A DNA stretch of 64,000 bases from an uncultured Actinomycetota bacterium (GCA_963811475.1 CAWERJ010000022.1:20087-84086), one strand, 5' to 3'. Positions 9,412-19,647 are shown, counted from the stretch's first letter. The notes: generated by a model from the sequence alone, not told the origin. Numbers and translations are program-made.

Positions 9412-10815
9412 ATGACTCCCGACCCCGCGGCCGTGCGGGCCTCGCTCGCCGACGCGACCCCCGACGTCTACTGGACCGACCGGCCCGAGCGCCCGTCGGC
9501 CCGGCCGGCGCTGACCGGGTCGGGGCACCGTGCCGACCTCGTCGTCGTCGGCGGCGGGTTCACCGGGCTGTGGGCGGCGATCCAGGCCAAGGAGGACGAC
9601 CCCTCGCGCGACGTCGTCGTGCTCGAGCGCGGCCGCCTCGGCGTCGCCGCGTCCGGGCGCAACGGGGGGTTCGTGTCGTCGTCGCTGACCCACGGCCTCG
9701 CGCAGGGGCTCGCCTGCTGGCCCGACGAGATCGACCTGCTCGAGCGGCTGGCGCTCGAGAACCGGGCCGGCTTCGAGGCGACGCTCACGGCATCCGGCAT
9801 CGACGCCGACTACCACGTCCCCGGTGAGGTGACGATGGCGCTCACCGAGCACCAGGTCGCGTCGGTCCGCGAGGGCTTCGAGCTGCACCGCGAGCACGGC
9901 GTCGACGCCACCCTGCTGGATGCCGCCGGCGCCCGCGCGCTGGTCGACTCGCCGCGGTACCTGGGCGGCTGGGTCGACCCCACCGTCGGTCTCGTCGACC
10001 CCGCGCGCCTCGTCTGGGGGCTGGCCGACGCGGCCGAGCGGCTCGGGGTGCGGCTGCACGAGGACACGGCGGTCACGGCGTTCGACCGCGAGGACGGAGC
10101 CGTCGTCGTGCGCACCGAGTGGGGCAGCGTGCGGGCCGACCGCGTGGTGCTCGGCACCGGCGCCTTCCGCGGCCCGCTCAAGCGGCTCGCCCTGTGGACG
10201 CTGCCGGTCTACGACCACGTGCTGATGTCGGAGCCGCTGTCGCCGGCCCAGCTGGATGCCGTGGGGTGGCGCGGGCGCGAGGGGCTCACCGACGCGGGCA
10301 ACCAGTTCCACTACTACCGGCGCACCCTCGACGACCGCGTCCTCTTCGGTGGCTACGACGCCAACTACCACTTCCCGGGCCGGATCGACCCGAGCCTCGA
10401 GCAGTCCGCCTCGCACGACCTGCTGGCCCGCCACTTCCTCGAGATCTTCCCGCAGCTCGAGGGCGTGCGCTTCACCCACCGGTGGGCCGGGGTCATCGAC
10501 ACGACGTCGCGGTTCACGCCGGTGTTCGGCACCGCGCTGGGCGGGCGGCTGGCGTACGCCGTGGGCTACACCGGGCTGGGCGTGGCCTCGACCCGCTTCG
10601 GCGCCCGGGTCGCGCTCGACCTCGTCGACGGGCGCGACACCGAGGTCACCCGGCTCGGCATGGTGCGGCGGAAGCCGATGCCGTTCCCGCCCGAGCCGAT
10701 CCGGTACGCGGCGGTGCGGGCCACCCGTGCCAGCCTCGCCGCCGAGGACCGCACCGGCCGACGGAACCTCTGGCTGCGCGGGCTGGACGCCGCGGGGGTC
10801 GGCTTCGACAGCTGA
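9412..10815 (+). CDS. FAD-dependent oxidoreductase (DAO/PuuB-like)
   Basis: VVGGGFTGLW, ASGRNGG, GYTGLGV. Confidence 0.88.
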   Translation: MTPDPAAVRASLADATPDVYWTDRPERPSARPALTGSGHRADLVVVGGGFTGLWAAIQAKEDDPSRDVVVLERGRLGVAASGRNGGFVSSSLTHGLAQGLACWPDEIDLLERLALENRAGFEATLTASGIDADYHVPGEVTMALTEHQVASVREGFELHREHGVDATLLDAAGARALVDSPRYLGGWVDPTVGLVDPARLVWGLADAAERLGVRLHEDTAVTAFDREDGAVVVRTEWGSVRADRVVLGTGAFRGPLKRLALWTLPVYDHVLMSEPLSPAQLDAVGWRGREGLTDAGNQFHYYRRTLDDRVLFGGYDANYHFPGRIDPSLEQSASHDLLARHFLEIFPQLEGVRFTHRWAGVIDTTSRFTPVFGTALGGRLAYAVGYTGLGVASTRFGARVALDLVDGRDTEVTRLGMVRRKPMPFPPEPIRYAAVRATRASLAAEDRTGRRNLWLRGLDAAGVGFDS

Positions 10816-10834
10816 GGTCGGCGCTCGCCGCGGC

Positions 10835-11269
10835 TCAGGAGGCGAAGTGCGCGACGAGGCCGCCGGTGTTGTTGGCCACGAGGCCCTTGATGGTGCGGCT
10901 GCGCAGGAAGCCGGGCAGCGGCAGGTTGTGGCTGATCGTCAGGTCGAAGGTGACCTCGGTGCGGTCCTCGCCCAGCGGGCGCAGCTCGTAGGCGGCGTCC
11001 TGGCCGGTCTGCAGCCGGCCCTCGACGAGGTGCCACGACATCCCGTCGGGGGAGTGCTCGTAGCGCAGCGTGTAGCGGTCGGTGCCGACGGCGGTGGATG
11101 CCGCGACGTCCGCCGTCAGCGGGGTGCCGTCGTCGTTGCGGGTGACGACGTGCACCTCCTTGATGTCCGGGACCCACTGCGGCGTGCTCTCGACGTCGCG
11201 CAGGTGCTCGAGCACGCGGTCGAGCGGGGCGTCGACGACGACGGTCGCGCTGGCGGTGTCGGTGGGCAT
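10835..11269 (-). CDS. SRPBCC/polyketide cyclase family protein
   Basis: MPTDTASATVVVDAPLDRV...PQWVPDIKEV; START-like fold. Confidence 0.8.
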   Translation of the reverse strand: MPTDTASATVVVDAPLDRVLEHLRDVESTPQWVPDIKEVHVVTRNDDGTPLTADVAASTAVGTDRYTLRYEHSPDGMSWHLVEGRLQTGQDAAYELRPLGEDRTEVTFDLTISHNLPLPGFLRSRTIKGLVANNTGGLVAHFAS

Positions 11270-11282
11270 GGTGGACCTCCGG

Positions 11283-12719
11283 TCAGACGGCGGCGGCGAG
11301 GCGGACGAGCGTGTCCATCTCGTCGTCGAAGGCGTGCACGAGCTTCTCGGGGTCGGTGACCGCGCGCGGCATCCGCCTTGAACCCGACGCGGACGACGCC
11401 GTCGTAGCTGATGATGCACACGCCCAGGGTCTGGGCGCCCGAGCCCGGGCACCCAGCCGAGGATGCCGGTGATGCCGGGTGCCGGCGAGGTAGCGCCCGG
11501 TCATCGGGCCGGCCACGTTGGTGGTGACGCCGATCGCCTTGGCGGCGAAGAAGTCGATGACCTGCTTGGCGACCGCGGTGTTGGTGTGGCCGATGGCGGT
11601 GATGAGGCCGAAGGTGAGCACGGCCTCGGGGGAGTGCTTGATCGAGTCCATCCGGCGCTTGGACTCGGCGAGGCGCTGCAGGGGTGCCAGGCGCGAGCGT
11701 CGGCAGCGGCAGCATCACGAGCGCGAACTTGTTGCCCAGCTCGCGGGGGAGCGGCTGCCCGGCGGCGCGGACGTTGACCGGGCACCATCGTCGACAGGTC
11801 CTGCGGGGTCGCCGCCGCGGTCGCTGACGTAGCGGCTGATCGCCGCCGAGACGGCGCCCACGAGCACGTCGTTGACGGTGGCGCCGGCGGTGCGCCCGAC
11901 CAGCTTGATGTCGACCAGCGGTCGCGGCCTGGGACCAGACCGCGCGCTTGGCCGAGGCCGGGCGGCGCCGCTCAGGGGGGAGTCGGGGTTGTGGCCGAGC
12001 AGCAGCTTGTCGGCGATCTGGCCGGTCTGCCACGCGGTGGTGAGCGCCTCGACGGCGTACGACGGGCGCAGCGACGGCCGGCAGCTCGCCGAGCAGCGTC
12101 CAGCGCACCGCGCAGGCCGGCCGACACCGGGGCGGTGAGCGGGCGGGCGAACCGGCCGGCGACCTCGAGCAGGCTGGTGGGCGGCGGCTCGGGCTCGTCG
12201 GCGGGTGCGCGGCGTGGTGCGGCGCGACGGGGAGCAGGTCGTCGTCCGGCTCGCGCGTCGGTGAGCGAGAGCAGCACCTCGGCCAGCGCGATGCCGTCGG
12301 CGAGGGCGTGGTGGAAGCGCGAGACGACGACCGAGCCGCCGTGGTAGCCGTCGATGACGTAGAAGTGCCACAGCGGCCGGCTGCGGTCGATCGGCTCCTG
12401 CATCTTGCGCTCGACGAAGGCCTGGAGCGCGGCCTCGTCGCCCGGCTCGGGCAAGCGTCGCGTGGTGCAGGTGGTGGTCGATCGAGAAGTCCGGGTCGTC
12501 CTCCCAGTGCGGCATGCCCAGCGGGTTCGAGGCCTCGACGACGACCTGGCGGAAGACGGGGTAGCGGTCGACGAGGCGGTGCTGCAGGACGGCGGTCAGG
12601 CGCTCCCAGTCGACCGGTCCCTCGAGCGTCATGATGCCCTCGATGACCATGAGGTTCTCGGGGCTGTCCATCGACAGCCAGATGGCGTCGACGGCGCCCA
12701 TCGCGCGGCGTCCGGTCAC
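11283..12719 (-). CDS. wax ester synthase/diacylglycerol acyltransferase (WS/DGAT), several apparent frameshifts
   Basis: DRSRPLW, catalytic HHALADG, ATVNDV, LGNKF and TNVAGP segments in successive frames. Confidence 0.85.
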
Positions 12720-12821
12720 GTCGTCCACCTCTTCCTGCCGGTGGGTCCAGCGTGTCACCCGGCAGGGCGCGCGGATACGGGTCGGGGTGTCTCGTCGGTC
12801 ACCCCGCCGGCACCGGTGGGC

Positions 12822-13038
12822 TCAGCCCTGCCCGGTGTCGTCCCCTGACACCCGCGGCGACGTCCCGCGCAGCCGTCGATGAGACGGGACGCCTCCGCCT
12901 TGCTGACGCCCTCGGGGACGTCGCGCCCGCTGTCGTGGGCGAGCGTCGTGAGGTACGACATCTGGCGGCCGTCGCCGGTTCGTCGCCGGTGGTCCAGTCG
13001 TCGGGGTCCTTGGCCGGGCTGGTCTCGTTGGTGCTCAT
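12822..13038 (-). CDS. DUF3072 family small protein (frameshifted)
   Basis: KDPDDWTTGDEPAT..QMSYLTTLA...SKAEASRLID. Confidence 0.75.
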
Positions 13039-13193
13039 GGGCTACCGGTACCCCGGGCGACCGGGTGTTACACGCCGGCGCCGGCTCGAGCGCTGCCGAG
13101 CGCGTGGTGCTCGAACCTGGGTCGACGCATCGCGCGCCGGACCCGCCCGGGTGACGTCTTGCGAGCCAGACCAGGACGTCAGCGGGACTGGGA

Positions 13194-13610
13194 TCACTGT
13201 CCCCGAATGGGTCCGGTGATCCGGATCTCGAAGCTGCCGACCTCCTTGGTGGCCCCGGTGAACTCACAGGTCACCGGGTTCGCCGGCGGCTGACCGGGCC
13301 GGGTGTAGGTCTCGCCGGGGACCAGGTGGCGGGCCTTCAGCTCCTCCTCCTCGCCGCTGATCACCCTGATCTCGTAGGGAATCAGCCATTTCCCGGTGGG
13401 CGTGAAGTCCTCGCCCAGCAGTTGCACCGGCCCGAAGAGGTACGGCGTCTGGGGTGCCCCGTAGACGGTCTTGAATCCATCACACGTCTCGTGGCCTGAC
13501 AGCAGTAAGCCTCGCAACGAACCATCCGGGGCGGCGGTGGCCGGAGAGGCGAAGGCGATGGGGGCGGCGACGGCGGCGGTGGCCACGAGGCCGAGGATGG
13601 TCCTGCGCAT
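13194..13610 (-). CDS. secreted protein of unknown function (138 aa)
   Basis: Sec signal MRRTILGLVATAAVAAPIAFASPATAA; two Cys; GAAAGAGA upstream. Confidence 0.75.
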   Translation of the reverse strand: MRRTILGLVATAAVAAPIAFASPATAAPDGSLRGLLLSGHETCDGFKTVYGAPQTPYLFGPVQLLGEDFTPTGKWLIPYEIRVISGEEEELKARHLVPGETYTRPGQPPANPVTCEFTGATKEVGSFEIRITGPIRGQ

Positions 13611-13760
13611 GGGGTGGACGTCTCTTTCGTCGTTTCTGTCGTTTGCGGATTCGGTCGCACAAGCGCGGTCGATGAGCCGGGCGGCTCGGGCTCGACGCTC
13701 GGAGTGCCTTCCGGTTCCTGGAGGACGAAGCCAGCCAGCGTCTATCGCTGCGCACTGGTG

Positions 13761-13832
13761 AGTCTATCCGAGCGGTCATGAAGGTACCAAATGATCCTGG
13801 CATGACATCCTGAATACCTTCACTGATACAGT
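13761..13832. promoter_or_regulatory. back-to-back promoters, copy 1
   Basis: Leftward -35 TTGGTA / 18 nt / -10 TAGACT; rightward extended -10 TGA-TACAGT 7 nt before ATG 13840 (leaderless); conserved in copy 2. Confidence 0.55.
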
Positions 13833-13839
13833 CCGCCTC

Positions 13840-14085
13840 ATGGCACGCCCCTATGGAGATCCTGTGGAGATCATCACGGGACCGGTCCCGGCCCAGTCTC
13901 CGTTCATCCCCCTGGACGCGAAGATCGTGGTGGGCGCGGTGGCACCGGCCTCCCCGGACCCGATCCCGATCGTGTTGCTGCCCGGTTTCGAGTACCGGAT
14001 GAGCGAGTGGCGGCACCCGCAGACCCACGAGATCCACTGGCGGCTCGAGCGCCGAAAGGCCGCCCAGTACGGCGACGACGAGTAG
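13840..14085 (+). CDS. 81-aa Pro-rich protein of unknown function, copy 1
   Basis: Near-identical paralog at 16463-16708 with almost only synonymous differences. Confidence 0.8.
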   Translation: MARPYGDPVEIITGPVPAQSPFIPLDAKIVVGAVAPASPDPIPIVLLPGFEYRMSEWRHPQTHEIHWRLERRKAAQYGDDE

Positions 14086-14137
14086 AGCTGAGCGCCGGCG
14101 CTGCCTGCCGAGCCCGCCTGTCGCTCCAGCCCTCCGG

Positions 14138-14603
14138 CTACCGGTTCTCGACCGAGGCCAGCAAGGTGCCATCACCTCTGGCTACCCAGATCACCGCGAG
14201 GTTGAGCCGGTCACGAGCAAGCACCGGCAACCGGTTGACAAGGCCGCGGTACCGCCGGTTGTCGGGGGAGGGCGAGTGCGCACCTCGCGACCGCGACGTC
14301 GTAGCCCTGGGCCTCGAAGTGGTCCCGGACCGCGGCCTTCACCTCGTCCTCGGTGATCAGCCCAACCCCGGCGGATGGCGGAGGAGAGTTCACCTCGACT
14401 GGACCGTCGGTGCCCGCGGCACGAGCGTTGAGGATCTTCCCCTCGGGGCCGAGATGCCGACGGAGCTTTCCGCGCTGGGCGAGCTGCCGTGCGGTCTGGT
14501 TAATGCTCTGCCGACTCCGCACGTCCAACCGCCGGGCCAGGACGTCGTCATCGAGCGGTTCGTGGCGGACAGCCTCGAGGATTCGCTCCGCGATCGGGGC
14601 CAT
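14138..14603 (-). pseudogene. winged-helix plus restriction-endonuclease-like protein with internal deletion
   Basis: wHTH-like N-terminus, ITEDEVKAAVRDHFEAQGYDVAVA, then (shifted frame) LALPDNRRYRGLVNRLP...; no PD-(D/E)xK core between them. Confidence 0.55.
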
Positions 14604-14705
14604 GACGCTGAAGATGACCGGGCGGCGCGCGGGCGCAATGAGCCGGGCGGCTCGGGCTCGACGATCACAGCGCTGGGGAGGTGGTTCACGGTTCGGCGCG
14701 CTGAG

Positions 14706-15233
14706 TCAGTCGCCGTTGGCGAGGTCGACGGTGAGGCAGGAAGTTCCGCGGCCAGACAACGCGTGCTCGTACTCCGGTCCGTAGTCGACGACCCCGTCCG
14801 GCCGCACGCTGAACTCGAGGACCTCGCTCGGCACCAGGCCGATCCGCAGCGTGTACGCCTGGCCGGGCGGCATCCGCACGGTCGCCGCCCGAGGTCCGAT
14901 CGGCTCGCGGCACCCACCCCACATGGGGAGCAGCGGGCACCCGGTTTGACGCGGGTCGAGGACGACCGGGACGCCGAGGACGTGGAGCGTCGAGGTTCCT
15001 CGGCCGCGCAGGAGGTGATCGACGTCCGGTGCGAAGTCCACGGTGCCGTGGGGCGTCACCCGGAAGCGCAGGTCGGAGGCGCGCTCGCGGGTCTGCTGCA
15101 CCGCGTACTCGCCCGCGGCGAGGTCGAGCTGCACGCCCCCGGGAACCGACCCGTCGACGAAACGCGGCAGGTGCTCGGGGAGCCAGAACCACGGATAGGT
15201 CAAGGCGCTGGTGTCGATGTGGATGCGGGGCAC
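14706..15233 (-). CDS. hypothetical protein with two tandem beta-rich repeats
   Basis: F.V.P.G.VD...L.GRGTS.L.V occurs twice; GAGGA upstream of GTG. Confidence 0.7.
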   Translation of the reverse strand: MPRIHIDTSALTYPWFWLPEHLPRFVDGSVPGGVQLDLAAGEYAVQQTRERASDLRFRVTPHGTVDFAPDVDHLLRGRGTSTLHVLGVPVVLDPRQTGCPLLPMWGGCREPIGPRAATVRMPPGQAYTLRIGLVPSEVLEFSVRPDGVVDYGPEYEHALSGRGTSCLTVDLANGD

Positions 15234-15415
15234 GGGGTTTCCTCGGTCAGGGATGTCGCACCCGGGACTGGGCGCGACAGAGGTTCGGGCTGTGGCTTCT
15301 GCAAGGGACGGCGGCAGGCTGTTCACCAAAGGCCCCCGCGGGGCGCTGTCGCATGTGGCCGGGCCGCGGAGGTCGAGGTCGGCGCACGCGGCGTAGCCAC
15401 GGCACACCGCAACGA

Positions 15416-15445
15416 GGAGGGCCCACCCGACGGGGTGGGCCCTCC
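15416..15445 (-). terminator. stem-loop terminator
   Basis: GGAGGGCCCACCC-GACG-GGGTGGGCCCTCC perfect 13-bp stem after the secreted protein gene. Confidence 0.75.
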
Positions 15446-15473
15446 CCTGCTTGCGGCAGGTGTTGCGCTGGGG

Positions 15474-16241
15474 TCAGGAGGTCGCGATGGTGACGTCGTC
15501 GATCAGCAGGCCCTCGCCGGCGAGGCTGCGTCTGCGCGGTGCCGCTGAGGCGGAACAGGAGCGTGTCGGTCTGGTAGTTCTGCTCGCCGGTTGCCTGGTA
15601 GTAGGCCTCGAACGTGGTGTTCTTGACCGGCTTGCCGTCGACCTGGACCGAGAAGACGTCGTTGTTGGTCGACTTCTTCGTGTTCGGCTTCTTGACGAGC
15701 TTGAGCTTCACGGTGTGCGGCTTGCTCGGGTCGAGCCCGGTGGCCACCGGCGTGACCGCCCAGTCGAGCGCGCCCGCCTCGTTGACGAACGACCCCTGGC
15801 TGACCAGGTTGATGCCGGCGTTCGTGTGCTCGATCGCGAGGAAGCCGCCCCGGCCGCCCTGGCCGTTGTCGGGGCTGACCGTCACCCGCAGGCCCGGCTG
15901 AAGCTGGACCGGCTCGAGCACGAAGGACGCGGTGAACGTTCGCGCCGGCCCGGTCTCGGTGGCCGGGACGGCGAGCGTGGGGCTGAACAGCTGGTCGCCG
16001 AAGCTGCCGGACGTGACCGCGTTGCTGATCCGCAGCGCCGGGTCGGCGCCACTCGGTGATCGCGGCGTCGTAGGGACCGGTCATCCGCCAGGTGTCGACG
16101 GCGCCTGGCGGTCGTGTCGATGGTCACCCCGGTGAAGCCGGTGGTGTACGGGCCGGTGACGGCGGCGTTGGCCGAGGTGGCGAAGGCGAGCGGGGTGGCG
16201 ATCGCGGCGATGGCCGCGAGGCCGAGGAAGGTCTTGCGCAT
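15474..16241 (-). CDS. secreted beta-sandwich-like protein (apparent frameshifts)
   Basis: Signal MRKTFLGLAAIAAIATPLAFATSANAA; LRISNAVTSGSFGDQLFSP...DVFSVQVDG...LLIDDVTIATS across frames. Confidence 0.7.
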
Positions 16242-16383
16242 GGTGTGTCTCTTTCGTCCTGCGTTGGTGCGGGAGTCCGTCACGCGGCGGCGAACGGGGG
16301 ATCGGCTCTCGCTGGACGATTAGAGCGCCTCCCTGGTGTAGCCCGGGAAGCAGTCCGATGAGCGTTATCTGCGTTCACTGGTG

Positions 16384-16455
16384 ACTCTATCGGGTCTCTA
16401 TGGGCTTGCCAAATCGTGACTGTGTGACCTCCGCTTACCCGTTTCCTGTTACAGT
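16384..16455. promoter_or_regulatory. back-to-back promoters, copy 2
   Basis: Leftward -35 TTGGCA / 17 nt / -10 TAGAGT; rightward TGT-TACAGT 7 nt before ATG 16463. Confidence 0.55.
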
Positions 16456-16462
16456 CGGCCTC

Positions 16463-16708
16463 ATGGCACGCCCCTATGGAGACCCTGTGGAGATCATCAC
16501 CGGCCCGGTCCCGGCGCAGTCCCCGTTCATCCCCCTGGACGCGAAGGTCGTGGTGGGCGCGGTGGCACCGGCCTCGCCGGACCCGATCCCGATCGTGCTG
16601 CTGCCCGGGTTCGAGTACCGGATGAGCGAGTGGCGGCACCCGCAGACCCACGAGATCCACTGGCGGCTTGAGCGCAGGAAGGCCGCCCAGTACGGCGACG
16701 ACGAGTAG
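16463..16708 (+). CDS. 81-aa Pro-rich protein of unknown function, copy 2
   Basis: 80/81 aa identical to 13840-14085. Confidence 0.8.
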   Translation: MARPYGDPVEIITGPVPAQSPFIPLDAKVVVGAVAPASPDPIPIVLLPGFEYRMSEWRHPQTHEIHWRLERRKAAQYGDDE

Positions 16709-17102
16709 CCCTCCTCACGGCGGTGGACAGCCCTAGCCCGGCAGTCGCCCGGGCAGTTGCGCAGCCAAGCCCACGCGGTCACTGCGTGACCTCGCTGGCC
16801 CGCGTTGCTATCCGTTGGTTGCGAGCGGCGCTGGACTCGATCGGACTCCGAGGGCGGTGCCCGTCCACCGTGTGGCCTGTCGTCGCTGGAAGACCGCCCG
16901 TGGTGCGCCGTGGAGGTGACGACCTTGCCGGTGGCGCGCCACACGGGTCGGGTGGCCGATGAGCAGGGCTCGACTGAGGTCCGCCAGCCGCCGTCAGAAC
17001 TGCTCCACGGTGGCGCGGATCGGGTCTTCCGTTCCGGGCCCGAACGGTGAGGCATCGTGCGACGTCGAGTTCGGACCTCGTCCCCGGGCGTGAGCCGTGT
17101 GG

Positions 17103-18140
17103 TTACCACCAGCCCTGGCGCTTCGCCCACACGAGCAGGGCGGACGAGAGCGCCGTCATGCTCGTGACGAGCACGACGAGGGCCGCCCACTGGGTGCTGT
17201 CGTTGACGATCACGTTCATCCCGAGGACGCTCGAGAGCGCGGCGACGGGCAGGGTGACCGCGGCGATGACGGCCAGCCGCTCGGCGGCGATGGTCATGCG
17301 GGTGTCGGTGCGGGCGCGGTAGAAGTCGGTGACCCCTTCGAGGAACTCGAGCTGGCTGCGGGTGATCCGGTCGAGCCGTTCGTACTGGTCCCGAAGGTCC
17401 TCGAGCGCGTGCCGGTCCGCCCTGCGGTCTGCTTGGGTGTCCTGGTCGGGCACGGCGCTGACCGCCCGACCCGCCAGGGTCACCGTGCGGGCGAGGACCT
17501 CGGCGCCCTGGGCCGCCATGGTGCGCACGGTGAGGAGCGTGTGGCGCACCGTGAACAGCTCGTCGAGGAACTCCTGGGGGTGCTCGTCGTCGGCCTGGGC
17601 CATGACGCGCTGCTCAAGGAGGCCCACCTGCTGGGCGAACTCGTTGACGAGCCGCTCCTGCACGTTGGTCAGCGCCGAGACCAGCGCGTAGAGGAGCGCC
17701 ACCGGCCTGGTGGGGCGCAGCCTGCCGCCGTCGATGCGTGCCGCCACGTCGGTGGTCTCCCGGAGCAGCGCCTCGAGGGGGACGACCTCGTTACGGGGGC
17801 CATGGAGGGTCACGAGGAAGCGCGGCCCGACGTAGAGGTCGAGCTCGAGGTAGTGCACATGGCCCGCGGCGCCCGGCTCCGGCCGGTGGAGCGCGAGGTA
17901 GAGCACGTCACCGTAGTGGTGGAGCCGTGCGATGTGGTTGCGCGTCAACCCGTCGGCCGCCGCCTTGTGGTGCACCCCGAAGATGTCCGTCAGCAGGAGC
18001 GCCGCCGACTGGTCGGGCTCGGGGACGTCCACCCAGACCCACCGGTCGGGTCGGGTCAAGAGGACCGGCAGCTCCTCGATCGTGCCCGTGGACACGCTGC
18101 CGGTGTCGCCGTCGAACACCCGGACCGAGACGTCGGCCAT
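17103..18140 (-). CDS. CorA-family Mg2+/Co2+ transporter
   Basis: WVWVDV..PD, two C-terminal TM helices with the GMN signature. Confidence 0.9.
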   Translation of the reverse strand: MADVSVRVFDGDTGSVSTGTIEELPVLLTRPDRWVWVDVPEPDQSAALLLTDIFGVHHKAAADGLTRNHIARLHHYGDVLYLALHRPEPGAAGHVHYLELDLYVGPRFLVTLHGPRNEVVPLEALLRETTDVAARIDGGRLRPTRPVALLYALVSALTNVQERLVNEFAQQVGLLEQRVMAQADDEHPQEFLDELFTVRHTLLTVRTMAAQGAEVLARTVTLAGRAVSAVPDQDTQADRRADRHALEDLRDQYERLDRITRSQLEFLEGVTDFYRARTDTRMTIAAERLAVIAAVTLPVAALSSVLGMNVIVNDSTQWAALVVLVTSMTALSSALLVWAKRQGWW

Positions 18141-18353
18141 GGCCTGACTCTACTGAGCGCAGGCCCTGCCGAGGGCGGGCGAGCAGCCGGTGCACTCGGC
18201 CCACCGCCGAGCCTGGCGCGTCGGCGGCGCCGAACCACGGTTCCTTGGCCTCCGCCGAGTCGGCGGTGGCGGGAGAGCTCACCAGGAGGACTGCGGCCAG
18301 CGGTGAACGTCTGCCTCTGCTGCCCAGGGCGGCTCGGCGCTAGCCTCAGCTTG

Positions 18354-19115
18354 ATGAGGGACGAGTCGCTCCTGCGTGCGAGTCGAGCAGCTGCCCTGGT
18401 GGCGGCGGCTGGATTCGTCCTGCAGACACTGCTGTTCCTCCTCGCGACCACGGGTCTGCTGGGCCACGCGAAGGGGTTCGTCGACACGACGTCCTCGCAG
18501 GAGGTCGACTACGCGACCTACTACGCCGACCTGTTCAACCACCAGCACGGGATCGTCTGGAACGTCGCGCTGCGCGATGCCATCGGGCCGGTGGCGTGGG
18601 TGGGGGTCGCAGTTCTTGCGGTGGTCACGGCCGTCATGGTCCACGCCGCAAGAGCCTGGGTGGCGGCCATTGTGCTCTGCCTGGGTGCGTCGCTCGCGGC
18701 GTTGGCGGACCTGGTGTTCGGCTCGTTGGTCGGCTTCTGGCGCTACGGCGGCTGGGACATCGAAGTGCCCGCGAACATGATCGCCGCTGGCCGGTCGTAC
18801 GAGGGAGTCAAGACCGTCTCCACCTACCTGCAGTACGACGGGTTCATCGTCCTTGCGGTCGGTCTGCTTGTCCTGGCCGCGTTGACGGGGTGGTCACCCG
18901 CGTTTCGGGTGCTGCTTCGCCTGACGGCGGTCGCCTTGGTGGCCTACGCGGCGCTCGACTGGGTCTGGCCTGTGTGGCACGGCAGCCAGTTCGCCCGCAA
19001 TGTCGTCGCCCTTGGTGTCGGCGTCATCTTGGCCCCCGCCTCGGCCCTGATGTGGGATCGCGAGCTGCGTCGCCGCCACGACATGCGCAACGACGTGACG
19101 TCGCCCGCTGGATAG
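18354..19115 (+). CDS. multi-pass membrane protein of unknown function
   Basis: About 6 hydrophobic segments; TAGCCT 7 nt before ATG (leaderless). Confidence 0.7.
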   Translation: MRDESLLRASRAAALVAAAGFVLQTLLFLLATTGLLGHAKGFVDTTSSQEVDYATYYADLFNHQHGIVWNVALRDAIGPVAWVGVAVLAVVTAVMVHAARAWVAAIVLCLGASLAALADLVFGSLVGFWRYGGWDIEVPANMIAAGRSYEGVKTVSTYLQYDGFIVLAVGLLVLAALTGWSPAFRVLLRLTAVALVAYAALDWVWPVWHGSQFARNVVALGVGVILAPASALMWDRELRRRHDMRNDVTSPAG

Positions 19116-19647
19116 CCACAGCCACAACTGAGACGCATTCGCCCGCGTTGCTGACCCCGCGGTGGTCGGATCCCCGCCGATGGTGCGTCAGGAGTCTTGA
19201 TCCCCGTCGATGCTGTCCAGCTGCCGCAAATTCGCAAGCTCAGTGGAACGACAACAAATCCTCCTGGCCCCCTCCCACCGTCCGGGGGGAGGGGGCATGA
19301 GAGTCAGGCGGCGATGGTGACCTGCAACTGCTGGAGGGCTTGCCGGTCGCTGCGGGTGAAGTCGCCAGTCACGTCCGCAGGAGGTTCCGTTCGGGTCGTG
19401 TGGTGACGGACGGTGCCCTCATGGTGCTCGTACGTGTTGATGGCCTAGCGCCGCGGTTCCTACGCCCTGTGCCTGCCCAGGCGGTGAGTTACGCGCTCGT
19501 CATGCCGGTAGAGCCGAGTCCGGTCCAAGGAAGGGACCGCCACGGGTGCTCGCCGACGGGGGGGTTGCGAGGATCTCGAGCACCCTGAACGAAGTCCCGG
19601 TGCTTGAGGTCCAGGCTGTAGCCTTCCTCCGACGTTGGGCGAACCGG

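Noticed and set aside
13040-13193. att duplication of the tRNA-Ile 3' end marking the left island border
   Set aside because: No convincing copy of TGGTGGGGCGTGTCGGG found by eye; the boundary remains approximate
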